Shown: piece by piece, positions 10,253 through 19,495 of the stretch
Layout: every line of letters starts with the position of its first letter
How positions within the stretch are numbered: the stretch's first letter is position 1
Origin: an uncultured Gemmatimonadaceae bacterium
Lineage (GTDB): Bacteria > Gemmatimonadota > Gemmatimonadetes > Gemmatimonadales > Gemmatimonadaceae
NCBI GenBank assembly: GCA_963751275.1
Contig: CAVVTZ010000007.1
Span: forward strand, 640,001-704,000
Direction of reading: 5' to 3'
Length of the DNA: 64,000 nucleotides
Made by a program: the position numbers and the translations under genes
Notes under the pieces: model-generated
Databases searched by the model: none
What the model saw: the letters and a program-made list of their open reading frames with translations, nothing else
What the model was told of the DNA's origin: nothing

Positions 10253-11506
10253 AGCGCGAATCGCGCGACGAGCAGGGCGTTCTCGTTGAGCAGGATCGCG
10301 TTGAGCGTCTCGCCCGCGCGCACATGCGGCCGCTCTTCGGGGACGATGAGCAGCGCGTTCGCGCGCGTCATGCTCGTGAGGATCCCGGAGCCCTGCGGGC
10401 CGGTGAGCCGGGCCGTGCGCGTTCCATCCGGCGCCATCGTGACCACGGCGCGCATGAAATGCGTGAGCTTCGCACCGGTCGTGATCTCTTCCTCCACCGT
10501 CACCGGCACCGGGCGGCGGTGCAGCAGCCGGTGCCCGAGCATCTTCCGCATTGCGGGCCGCACGAACAGTTCGAAGGTGACCATGGTGGACACCGGATTC
10601 CCGGGCAGGCCGATCCACGGCATGGCGCCCAGCATGCCGAAGCCGAGTGGCGCGCCCGGGCGCAGGCGCACCTTCCAGACATTCGAGCGTGAGCCCGAGC
10701 TCATCGAGCACGGTGCGCACGTAGTCATGCTCGCCGGCGGAGATGCCGGCGGTGGTGAGCACGAGGTCCGCGCGCTCATCGCGCGCACGAAGAATGCGCG
10801 CCTTGATGTCCGCCGGATCGTCGCGCGCGATGCCAAGGTTCACCGGGACGCCGCCGTTCGCGCTGATGAGCGCCGCGAGCGCGTAGCTGTTGGATGTGAA
10901 GATCTTCTTGCCGGCCTTCACTTCCGCCATGCGGTCGAGCTCGACGATCTCATCGCCGCTCGCCAGGAAGGCCACGCGCGGGCGGCGCGGTACTTCGAGC
11001 CGCGCGGCGCCGATCGACGCGAGCACGCCGATCTCCGCGGGCCCGATCGCGGTGCCGGCCGCGAGCAGTTCGTCGCCCTCGCGGAAATCCTCGCCGCGCC
11101 GGCGGACATTCTTCATCCCATCGCGCGCGTTGCTGATCGCCACCCGCGCCGTGCCGCCGTCGGTGTCCTCGACGCGGATCACCGTGTCGGTGCCGGCCGG
11201 CACCGGCGCGCCGGTCATGACGCGCACGGCGGTGCCCGGTGCGAGCGGGCCGCTGGGCGATCCGCCGGCCGCGACGCTGCCGCTCACGGGGAGCACGACC
11301 GGCGCCGCCGCCGACGCGCTCGCGATGTCCGCCGCGCGCACGGCGTAGCCATCCATGCCGGAATTATCCCAAGCAGGAAGGGTGATAGGTGCGATGATCG
11401 GCGTGGTGATAGAACGGCCGGCGAGATCGGCGAGTGGAACGGATTCCTCATCGAGGACTCCGATCTTGGCGAGGATCTTCGCGGAGGCGTCCTGGACTGA
11501 ATCCAT
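10249..11506 (-). CDS. moeA: Molybdopterin molybdotransferase MoeA (frameshift near 10680)
   Basis: SGMDGYAV, VMTGAPVPAG and SGDE in one frame; LPGNPVS and QGSGILTSM..AN in the second frame. Confidence 0.92.
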
Positions 11507-11511
11507 TACGG

Positions 11512-11537
11512 CTCGGGAGTGGGGAGTCGGGAATCGC
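11512..11537 (-). repeat. GGGA(A/G)TC-type heptamer run between mobB and moeA
   Basis: ctcgggagtggggagtcgggaatcgc is nearly identical to 50732-50757. Confidence 0.75.
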
Positions 11538-12071
11538 TCACTGCGCCTGCATCAATTCGCGCTCGACGAACGTCGTGAGCGCGGGCAGCCAATCGGGCGA
11601 TGAGAAACGGAACAGCTTCAACGTCGCGATCTCCAACGCGTCGTCGTCGGTGATCATCGCGCGCCACAATGCCGCGAGCGGCGACGCCGCATCGTACAAG
11701 GGATCCTTCCCCGCCGCGCGCCGGAACACCTCGATCTTCGGCAGCGCCCCGGCCTTGAATCCCTCGCACAGCACGATGCTCGCGTCCATCATGTAGCGCT
11801 CCACGATCTCCTCCGGCGACATCTCCTCCGCCCAGCGCGACACCATCGCGAATTTGTCGGGCGACACCATGGCCACCCGCTCGGCGCCGCCCTCGTGATA
11901 ATGGCGGTACGTGTCCGTGCCCTCGGGATCGAGATTGAACGTGTGCGAACCGTGCTTGACCGTCATCACGCGATGCCCGCGGCGCGTCAGCTCGGCGGCC
12001 AGCTGCACCACGAGCGTCGTCTTACCATGATGTTTCCGTCCGACGATCGCCAGCATCGGGGGTCGAGGCAT
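11538..12071 (-). CDS. mobB: Molybdopterin-guanine dinucleotide biosynthesis protein B
   Basis: P-loop VGRKHHGKTT; KHGSH, GTDTYRH and EGFK. Confidence 0.92.
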   Translation of the reverse strand: MPRPPMLAIVGRKHHGKTTLVVQLAAELTRRGHRVMTVKHGSHTFNLDPEGTDTYRHYHEGGAERVAMVSPDKFAMVSRWAEEMSPEEIVERYMMDASIVLCEGFKAGALPKIEVFRRAAGKDPLYDAASPLAALWRAMITDDDALEIATLKLFRFSSPDWLPALTTFVERELMQAQ

Positions 12072-12666
12072 ACCGCTCCGCGAGTTCGAGCTCGTCCGGG
12101 GAATTGACGTTCATGAACATGCGCGCCGGATCGCCGTGCGCCGCGACCTCGCTCGCCGCCATGCGCGCCACGCGCACGTCGCCGAAGAACGAGATCGCTT
12201 CGCCGCGTCCCGCCGCGAGCGCCCGCTCGATCGCCGGCACGCACGACGGCGCGTACCACGCGCACAGCGGCTCCACGCCGCGCTTCGATCCGCTCTCCGC
12301 GATCGCGACATCGTGCCCCGACTCGCCGAGCCGGCGCAGGTCCCGCAGCAGGAACGTTGGCACGAAGGGCATGTCCCACGCCACCACCAGCACCGCCGTG
12401 CCCGCATGCACGAGCGCCGCATGGATCCCGCCGAGACTGCCGCGCCCCGCGTGGAGGTCCGCCACCGTGCGCACGCCGGGCAGCCACGCGCCGGCCGCTG
12501 GATCGTTCGCAACGAGGAGCAGCCCGTCGGTCGTCTGTGCGAGGGCGAGCGCGACGCGGTCGATGATGCGCACGCCGCCCACCCGCGCCAATCCCTTCGG
12601 CCCGCCGCCGAAGCGCGACGCCTCGCCGCCGGCGAGGATCGCAGCGGTACAGGTCAGGGGGCCCAT
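12022..12666 (-). CDS. mobA: Molybdenum cofactor guanylyltransferase
   Basis: ILAGGEASRFGGGPKG, AWDMPF, EPLCAWY and FMNVNSPDEL. Confidence 0.9.
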   Translation of the reverse strand: MGPLTCTAAILAGGEASRFGGGPKGLARVGGVRIIDRVALALAQTTDGLLLVANDPAAGAWLPGVRTVADLHAGRGSLGGIHAALVHAGTAVLVVAWDMPFVPTFLLRDLRRLGESGHDVAIAESGSKRGVEPLCAWYAPSCVPAIERALAAGRGEAISFFGDVRVARMAASEVAAHGDPARMFMNVNSPDELELAERYASTPDAGDRRTETSW

Positions 12667-13073
12667 TCCGCGGCGAGCGATTCGTCCTCGCGCACCACGA
12701 CGCGCGCGACCGACACCCGCGCGCCGAGCGCCGCCTGCACGCGCTCGCCGATCACGCGCGCGAGATTCTCGCCGGTGGGGATCATCCCGCCCTCGCCGAA
12801 CTCGGGCACCTCGAGATTGAGATTCCGGTGGTCGAAGCGCGCGGTCACCTCGTCGTGCAGCACGCGGTCGAGCATGCCGAGGTCGATCACCATGCCGGTG
12901 AGCGGATCGACGTCGCCGCGCACGGTCACCTCGCAGGCGTAGCTGTGCCCGTGGAAGTGCGGGTTCGCGCACGCGCCGAACACTTCGTGGTTCTTCGCGT
13001 CGCTCCACTCGGGGCGCCGGTAGCGGTGCGCGGCGGCGAAGGTCACCCGCCGGATGAGCGCGCCCCGGGGCAT
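12654..13073 (-). CDS. 6-pyruvoyl-tetrahydropterin synthase / QueD family protein
   Basis: FAAAHR, CANPHFHGHSY, GMVIDL, FDHRNLN and PTGENLA. Confidence 0.88.
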   Translation of the reverse strand: MPRGALIRRVTFAAAHRYRRPEWSDAKNHEVFGACANPHFHGHSYACEVTVRGDVDPLTGMVIDLGMLDRVLHDEVTARFDHRNLNLEVPEFGEGGMIPTGENLARVIGERVQAALGARVSVARVVVREDESLAAEWAP

Positions 13074-13077
13074 GCGG

Positions 13078-13842
13078 CTAGTGCTCTTTCCAGACGTACG
13101 TGAGGCCGAGCGTGAACACGCCGTTGTTCGTGAACTGTTTGTCCGGCGCATTGATCGGCAGCACCGAATTCGGTCCCGTCTTGAAATACGACGTCGGATA
13201 CTGCAGCTGCCAGAGATAATCCCACGCCGAGATGTTCAGCACCCAGGGCCGCTTGAGGCGGTAGCGCAGCCCGGCGCCGAGTCCGAAGAAGAACTTCGTG
13301 CCGAACACATAGCCGCCGGCGTCGGGCTTCTCCGAGCTGTACGCGGCGCCGAGCGTGAAGCCGACGAAGGGCACCATGCCGCGCCACGTCTTCTCGCCGG
13401 TGACGGCGAGCAGCAGGCCGAGGTTCGCGAAGACGAGCGGATCGGAGACGAGTCCCTTGTTCTGCTGGTCCTTCGGAAGGTCGGGATCGATGAGCGTGCG
13501 CTTCGACGACGTATAGCCCACCGTGCCGAAGGCGAACATCGCGCCGCCGATGTGCCGGCCGTAGCTCAGATTCGCGATCGGCGCGCCCTGCGGTCCGACC
13601 CCCGCGTCGCCCGTGTTCCCCGAGAAGTAGCCGACGTCCAACTGGAAGGCGTGGAGCTGGTTGAAGTCCTGGTACGGCGAACTGATGTGCACCGCGTGCG
13701 ATGTGTCCGCCTTCGGCTTCGGCGCGCTGTCCGCCTTCGCCTTCGCCGCGGTATCCGCCTTGTGCACCACCGCCGTATCCTGCGCGCGGGCCGCGGGGGA
13801 GAACGCGATCAGGACTGCCATGCTCGCCAGGATATGCTTCAC
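13078..13842 (-). CDS. Exported hypothetical protein, probable outer-membrane beta-barrel
   Basis: Signal peptide ending AARA|QD; alternating beta strands (PFVGFTLG, GLGAGLRY, FTLGLTYVW). Confidence 0.65.
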   Translation of the reverse strand: MKHILASMAVLIAFSPAARAQDTAVVHKADTAAKAKADSAPKPKADTSHAVHISSPYQDFNQLHAFQLDVGYFSGNTGDAGVGPQGAPIANLSYGRHIGGAMFAFGTVGYTSSKRTLIDPDLPKDQQNKGLVSDPLVFANLGLLLAVTGEKTWRGMVPFVGFTLGAAYSSEKPDAGGYVFGTKFFFGLGAGLRYRLKRPWVLNISAWDYLWQLQYPTSYFKTGPNSVLPINAPDKQFTNNGVFTLGLTYVWKEH

Positions 13843-15390
13843 GCCTTCGCTCCGGTTTCTCTGAGGTCCACGCCGGTCATCTCCGCCGGCCGTTCGATGC
13901 CGAGCATCGCCAAAATGGTCGGTCCCACATCCTTCAGTGCGCCGCCGCCGCGCAACGGGCGCGCGCCATTGGGGTCTACAACGATAATGGGTACGGGGTT
14001 CGTCGTGTGGGCCGTGTGCGGGCCGCCCGTGACCGGATCGATCATCATCTCGCAATTCCCGTGGTCCGCCGTCACGATCAGCCGCGCGTCCACCTTCGAC
14101 GCCGCATTGATCACGCGCGCGAGGCACGTGTCCACGCACTCCACCGCCTTGATCGCGGCGGGGATCACGCCGGTGTGCCCCACCATGTCGCCGTTCGCGT
14201 AATTCACGAGGATGAAGTCGTGCGCGCGGCTCGCGATCGCCTTGCACAGCACATCGGTCACGCCCGCCGCGCTCATCTCGGGCGCGAGATCGTACGTCGC
14301 CACCTGCTGGCTCGGCACCAGCTCGCGCACTTCCCCTTTGTACGGCGTCTCATACCCGCAGTTGAAGAAATAGGTCACGTGCGCGTACTTCTCGGTCTCG
14401 GCGGTGCGGAACATTGTCATGCCGCGCCCGCTCACTTCTTCGGCGACGATCCGCGCGAGCGTGAAGGGCGGGAAGGCCACCGGCAGCGTGAACGTCTCGT
14501 CGTACATCGTCATCGTGACGATGTCGGCCTTCGGTCGCGCGCCCACCGCGAAGCCATCGAAACCCGGCGCCGTGAGCGCGCGCACGATCTGCCGCATGCG
14601 GTCCGCGCGGAAATTGAACAGCACGATCCCGTCGCCATCGCGCACGGGCGCGACCGGTGCGCCGTTCCGCTCGATCACCACGGGCGTGATGAACTCATCG
14701 CTCTCGCCGCGGTCGTACGCCGCCTGGATCGCGGCGAGCGGATCGGTGGCGCGCGGGCCGGCGCCCTCCACCGTGGCGCGATACCATTTCTCGGTGCGCG
14801 GCCACCGCTTGTCGCGGTCCATGCCGAAGTAGCGGCCGCCGAGCGATGCCACCACCGCGCGACCCTTGGCGCGCGCGATGGTCTGGCGCATGAACTCGAG
14901 CCCCGAGCGTGGCAGCGTGTCGCGGCCGTCCAGCAGCGCGTGCAGCGCGACGCGCGGCATGCCCTCCCGCTCGGCGAGATCGAACAGCGCGAACAGGTGG
15001 CGGTCGCACGCGTGCACGCCGCCGTCGCCGATGAGGCCCACCGAGATGCACCGTGCCGCCGCGCGCCTTCACGGCGCGGAAGAGCCGCACGAGCTCCTGG
15101 TTGGCGAAGAAACTCCGGTCGGTGATCGCGGTGTCGATGCGCACGAGATCGGTGGGGATCGCGCGGCCGGCGCCGAGGTTCATGTGGCCGACCTCGCTGT
15201 TGCCCATCTGTCCCGCGGGGAGTCCTACAGCGAGCCCCGACGCCTCGAGCAGCGTGCGCGGATGGCGCGACGTGAGCGCGTCCCAGTTCGGCGTTCGCGC
15301 GAGCGCGATGGCGTTCCCTTCGCGCTCTTCGCGATGGCCCCAGCCGTCGAGCACGACGAGGACCACCGGGCGCTTGCGCTCTTGCGGCAT
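13839..15390 (-). CDS. gpmI: 2,3-bisphosphoglycerate-independent phosphoglycerate mutase (frameshift near 15040)
   Basis: VLDGWG, GQMGNSEVGH, GRYFGMDRD, AETEKYAHVTYFF, NGDMVGHTG and ADHGN. Confidence 0.95.
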
Positions 15391-15477
15391 CTTTGCTCGG
15401 TACGTGTGAAAGACTATGTTCCGGCGCGGCACGCGCCCCGTGCGAAATGTATCCCTCTGCTCACGCCCCTTCCAGCG

Positions 15478-16521
15478 ATGCGGACTGAACGCCTGGCACT
15501 CCTCGCTCTCCTGATGCCGGCGGCGCTGCTCGCGCAGACGCCCGCCGTGGGGACCGTCACGGCTCCCGTTTCCCTGCGCGTCGCGCCCGACGGCAAGGAG
15601 ATCGCGGCGCTGCGCGTGAACTCGGCCGTGCAGCTGCTCGGCACGAGCGGATCGTGGACCCACGTGACCGTGGAGGGCTGGCTGCATGTGAGCGTGATCG
15701 GGCCCGCGAAGGACAGCTTCCCGCTCAGCGCCAAGTCGTCGATGGGCGCGATCATGCGCGCGGCCGCGGACCGCACCGCGCCCGTCGTCGCGCAGCTCGA
15801 GGACGGCATGGGGCTGCAGTTGATCGCGCGAACGGAGCAGTGGTCGCACGTGAAGCGGAGCGGCTGGGTGCTGTCGAGCACCGTGCGGGCCGGCGCGCCG
15901 AAGCCCGTGCCGGCGGCGGCCGCGGTTGGCGTGAAGCCGCCCGCCGCTCCGGCGGCCGCGCCGGCATCGCCGCCCGCGGTCGCGGCGCCGGTGCCCGTCG
16001 CGACCGCCGAATCGCTGCCGGGGGACGTGGCCGTCGCGCGGCGCACGACCATTCACGCGGCGCCCACCGGCGCCGTGCTCGGCACCCTCGATTCCGCGAC
16101 GCGCCTCGTGACCGGACCGAGCGAGCGCGGCTGGGTGCACGTGACCATGGAGGGCTGGGTCAAGCAGGCCGACGTGATCCCGCTCGACAGCGTGCCGATC
16201 AGCACCATCTCGGCCGCTGACCTGCGCGCCGACCCGGACCGCTACAAGGGGCAGACCGTGCGATGGGTGGTGGAGGTGATCGCGTACCAGACCGCGGACC
16301 CGCTGCGGAAGGGACTGCGGATCGAGGAGCCGTATCTGTTGGCGCGCGGACCGGGGAGCGAGAGTTCGCTGCTGTACCTGGCGTTGCCGCCGTCGCTCAT
16401 GGACATGGGCCGCGAACTCAAGCCGCTCTCGAGCGTGGTGATCCTGGCGAAGGTCCGCTATGGGCGCAGCGATCCGAGCGGCGTGCCGGTGCTCGACGTC
16501 CAGCGCATCATCCAGCGCTGA
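15478..16521 (+). CDS. Secreted protein with three SH3b-like domains, a Pro/Ala linker and a C-terminal OB-fold-like domain
   Basis: Signal peptide; repeats WTHVTVEGWL, WSHVKRSGWV and WVHVTMEGWV; C-terminal ISAADLRADPDRYKGQTVRW. Confidence 0.7.
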   Translation: MRTERLALLALLMPAALLAQTPAVGTVTAPVSLRVAPDGKEIAALRVNSAVQLLGTSGSWTHVTVEGWLHVSVIGPAKDSFPLSAKSSMGAIMRAAADRTAPVVAQLEDGMGLQLIARTEQWSHVKRSGWVLSSTVRAGAPKPVPAAAAVGVKPPAAPAAAPASPPAVAAPVPVATAESLPGDVAVARRTTIHAAPTGAVLGTLDSATRLVTGPSERGWVHVTMEGWVKQADVIPLDSVPISTISAADLRADPDRYKGQTVRWVVEVIAYQTADPLRKGLRIEEPYLLARGPGSESSLLYLALPPSLMDMGRELKPLSSVVILAKVRYGRSDPSGVPVLDVQRIIQR

Positions 16522-16539
16522 CGGCGCCGCGCGGCCGCG

Positions 16540-17229
16540 ATGTTCACCGAGATCAAGTTCCGCGATTTCCGACAGCAATATCCGGGCTTCCTCCCCGGCG
16601 TGCTGCTGATCCTCGCGGTGCTGGTGGCGATCGACCTGCTGCTGCTGGAGCGGCAGAGGAATTACGAGCAGGAGATCGCGGCGCTCCGCTCCAACATGAC
16701 GGAGAGCCAGCGCCAGCGCGGCGACGCGCTGGCCGATGCGCACGGCGCGCAGGAGAAGGTGAAGCTCGAGCTGGTGCGCCGCGAGGCCAAGTTCGGCAAG
16801 GTGCTTCACCTGTCGCTCGACGTCGACAGTGCGCAGCTGTCGCTCATGCAGGACGGGGCGGTACTGCGCCGCTTCGCCGTGCGGCTGGGTGTCTCGCGCA
16901 GCGTGGAGCGCGGCGACACGAGCACCAAGAGCGTGCCGCGCGGCGCCTTCGTCGTGCAGCGGGTGTTGGGGCCGGCGGACATGTGGGCGGCGCCGAAGTG
17001 GGTCTATACCGACCGACGGCTGACCGCGCCCGCCGATTCGATGGTGGCGGGGGCGCTGGGGCCCGTGGCGATCCTGCTGGAGGGGGGCGCGGTGATCTAT
17101 TCGCAGCCCAGCGTGGGGCCGCTCAAGGACAGCGCGTACGTGCTCCCGGGGGCGGCGCGGGCCAATGCCGATGACCTGCGGGCGGTGGCGCCCAACTTGA
17201 CCCCTGGCACGCCGGTGTACGTTTACTGA
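16540..17229 (+). CDS. Membrane-anchored YkuD/L,D-transpeptidase-like protein lacking the catalytic His and Cys
   Basis: TM helix plus coiled coil; YkuD-like pattern (LSLDV..L.L..F.V.LG..PRG.F..W..P.W..GTPVYVY); the protein contains no Cys. Confidence 0.7.
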   Translation: MFTEIKFRDFRQQYPGFLPGVLLILAVLVAIDLLLLERQRNYEQEIAALRSNMTESQRQRGDALADAHGAQEKVKLELVRREAKFGKVLHLSLDVDSAQLSLMQDGAVLRRFAVRLGVSRSVERGDTSTKSVPRGAFVVQRVLGPADMWAAPKWVYTDRRLTAPADSMVAGALGPVAILLEGGAVIYSQPSVGPLKDSAYVLPGAARANADDLRAVAPNLTPGTPVYVY

Positions 17230-17230
17230 T

Positions 17231-18097
17231 ATGCGATCGGTCCGCGAAGTCCTGAGGGATGCCCCGCCGGGGATCTGGGTGGTCACCGTCACGATGGTGT
17301 TGGCGGGGGCGATCACGGCCGGCATGCTGTTCACGACCGTGCAGATGCGCCACCGCCGCGACGCGAACAAGTTCGTCGTGACCAAGGCGCACGGCGTGCT
17401 CGACTCGCTCACCCGGCAGGCGGACCAGGAGCTGGATTCGCTGCAGAACGCGCTCGCGTCCACGCCGGACACCGTGCCGGTGGGCCAGTACATCGTGGTG
17501 AGCATCGAGGACCGACGCCTGTGGCTGAAGCAGGGGGACACGACGCTCTACACGACGCGCGTTGCGGTGGGGAGCGGGAAGTCGCTGGTCCAGACCACGG
17601 GCGGGCGGAAGGAGTACAAGTTCGACACGCCGCGTGGCCGGCTGACCGTGCTGTACAAGGAGCTCGACCCGTACTGGCAGCCGCCCGACTGGCACTTCGT
17701 GGAGATGGCGGCGAAGAAGAAGGGATTCGGGGTCGTGATGCTCAAGCGAGGTCAGAAGGTGATGGTGAGCGATGGCTCGTGGTACGAGGTGCGCGGCGAC
17801 GATGTCGTGCGCGTGTACCCCGACGGCCACGTGCAGCTGCTGGAAGCGAGCGAGGGACACGAGCTGCTGGCGGACAAGAAGATCGTGGTGCCGCCGTTCG
17901 GCACGAACCAGCGGGAGTACAAGTGGGTGGTGGGCGGACACCGGCTGAATCTGGGCGACGGGTACGGATTGCACGGTACGGACGAGCCCAACTCGATTGG
18001 CCACGCGGCCAGTCACGGGTGCGTCCGGCTGCGGAACGAGGATATTGCGTACTTGTATAGCATCGTTGCGGTTGGGACTCCGGTCTACATTTACTGA
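17231..18097 (+). CDS. L,D-transpeptidase (YkuD family)
   Basis: IVVSIEDRRL, VAVG, TPRG and the catalytic LHGT..SIGHAASHGCVRL; ends GTPVYIY. Confidence 0.92.
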   Translation: MRSVREVLRDAPPGIWVVTVTMVLAGAITAGMLFTTVQMRHRRDANKFVVTKAHGVLDSLTRQADQELDSLQNALASTPDTVPVGQYIVVSIEDRRLWLKQGDTTLYTTRVAVGSGKSLVQTTGGRKEYKFDTPRGRLTVLYKELDPYWQPPDWHFVEMAAKKKGFGVVMLKRGQKVMVSDGSWYEVRGDDVVRVYPDGHVQLLEASEGHELLADKKIVVPPFGTNQREYKWVVGGHRLNLGDGYGLHGTDEPNSIGHAASHGCVRLRNEDIAYLYSIVAVGTPVYIY

Positions 18098-18253
18098 CTG
18101 CTCGGCCAGCCATAATTCTTGAGCGCGAAAGTGCGCGAGTTACACTATCGTGGCGCGCGCGTCATGCTTATGTTGGCAGTCCCGCTAGGGTCGATCAGTC
18201 GTTGACGAACGGCTAACGTCGTTTGGCTAACGTCTCATCGTCTGATTGACGTT

Positions 18254-18346
18254 CTCCTTGCTCAAGGCAATCCGGTGGCGACATCGGTGCGCAAAGCCAA
18301 GAGACAGCGGATCTATTTCCACGCTGTTGGTCTGGTTGCCAGGGAG
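18254..18346 (+). ncRNA. c-di-GMP-I (GEMM-I) riboswitch
   Basis: P1 is CTCCTTG/CAGGGAG. P2 region reads GGCAAT-CCGGTG-GCGA-CATCGG-TG-CGCAAAG with a GNRA loop. P3 is GCCA..GACAGCG/CGCTGTT..TGGT, ending TTGCC. Positions equivalent to Vc2 G20, A47 and C92 are present at 18266, 18293 and 18339. Confidence 0.8.
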
Positions 18347-18354
18347 GTTCTCGA

Positions 18355-19338
18355 GTGATCCGTCCGCCTTTCCGTTGCCGCCGCATTCCGCGCGCGCTCG
18401 GAGCGATCGCCGTCGCAGTCGCGACGGTGATGGCCTCCGGTGCCGCCGCGCCTGCGCGCGCCGCGACGGTGGGCGGTTTCGGCGCCGTGTTGACTCCGCC
18501 GCCCAACGACCCGTTCAAAGTCGGCGGCCTCTTCGATCTCCTCGATTCGCTGGCCGGACTCAGCCACAAGCTGCGCGCCCGCTTCGTGTCCCCGGCGAAG
18601 CACGAAATGGCGATTCCGGCACTTCAGCGCCTGTTTGGCGACAGTGCGGCGACACGCCCCGGCGCCTACGCCGTGCGCGACAGCACACTCTCGCAGCCCT
18701 TCACCTTCTTCACGCTCATCCCCTTCACTGCCAAGCAGAAGGGACGGATCGGCACCTACCGCGTGGGAACGTGGCCCTATGAGCGCAAAGCGCCGCTCAG
18801 CGAGTTCTACGCGAATCCCGATGGCTTCATCGAGGTCACGCCCGAGAACCAGCAGATCTACGTCTCCGAGCACTTCCAGCTGCGCGACTTCCTCACGCAC
18901 GACCAGCAGGACGTGTGGCCCAAGTACATGGTCCTGAGCGAGCGCCTCATCGACAAGCTCGAGCTGATCATCGCCGATCTCAACGCGCACGGCGTGCGCG
19001 TGGCGCACCTGTCGGTCATGTCCGGCTTCCGCACTCCCGAGTACAACCGCCAGGGCGTGGGCGAGGGCGGCCGCGCGCGGGACAGCCGCCACCAGTACGG
19101 CGACGCCGCGGACATCTTCGTCGACAACGACGGCACCGGCCGCATGGCGGACCTGAACCACGACCACCGCGTGGACTGGCGCGACGCCAAGATCATCCGC
19201 GACGCCATCGACCGCGTCGAGGCTGCGCATCCCGAGCTCGTTGGCGGCGCCGGGATCTACAAGGGGAACCGGCGGCATGGCCCCTTCGTCCACGTTGACG
19301 CCCGTGGGACGCGCGCGCGGTGGGGGCGGCCGGGCTGA
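18355..19338 (+). CDS. Exported peptidase M15 family (Zn D-Ala-D-Ala carboxypeptidase/endopeptidase-like) protein
   Basis: SGFRTPEYN, SRHQYGDAADI and FVHVDARG Zn motifs; signal peptide; GGAGG 7 nt before GTG. Confidence 0.85.
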   Translation: MIRPPFRCRRIPRALGAIAVAVATVMASGAAAPARAATVGGFGAVLTPPPNDPFKVGGLFDLLDSLAGLSHKLRARFVSPAKHEMAIPALQRLFGDSAATRPGAYAVRDSTLSQPFTFFTLIPFTAKQKGRIGTYRVGTWPYERKAPLSEFYANPDGFIEVTPENQQIYVSEHFQLRDFLTHDQQDVWPKYMVLSERLIDKLELIIADLNAHGVRVAHLSVMSGFRTPEYNRQGVGEGGRARDSRHQYGDAADIFVDNDGTGRMADLNHDHRVDWRDAKIIRDAIDRVEAAHPELVGGAGIYKGNRRHGPFVHVDARGTRARWGRPG

Positions 19339-19363
19339 TTTCCCGCACCCTCCTTCTGCGAAT

Positions 19364-19400
19364 GGGCGCGCCGACCGTTGATCGGGGCGCCTTTTCATTT
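19364..19400 (+). terminator. Rho-independent terminator
   Basis: ggcgcgccga..tcggggcgcc followed by ttttcattt. Confidence 0.65.
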
Positions 19401-19477
19401 CTCGGGACTCGGGACTCGGGATTCGCCGCGGGACTCGGGACGCGTCCCGCGGCGAATCCCGAGTCCCAAGTCCCGAG
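19401..19477. repeat. Palindromic element built from GGGACTC heptamers
   Basis: 34-bp arms (19401-19434 and 19444-19477) with one mismatch and a 9-nt loop. Confidence 0.85.
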
Positions 19478-19495
19478 CGTGATTATCTTCATGGC

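Noticed and set aside
9590..11506. Apparent MoeA-methyltransferase fusion ORF (638 aa)
   Set aside because: Artefact of the frameshift near 10680. The MoeA C-terminus is intact in another frame and ends at 10249.
14695..17541. Long shadow ORFs (also 1131-2774, 5437-7266, 54464-56578, 61175-63646 and others)
   Set aside because: They are antisense or off-frame to well-supported genes and are Arg/Ala/Gly/His-rich, as expected in high-GC DNA. Only the gpmI N-terminal segment of 14695-17541 is real.
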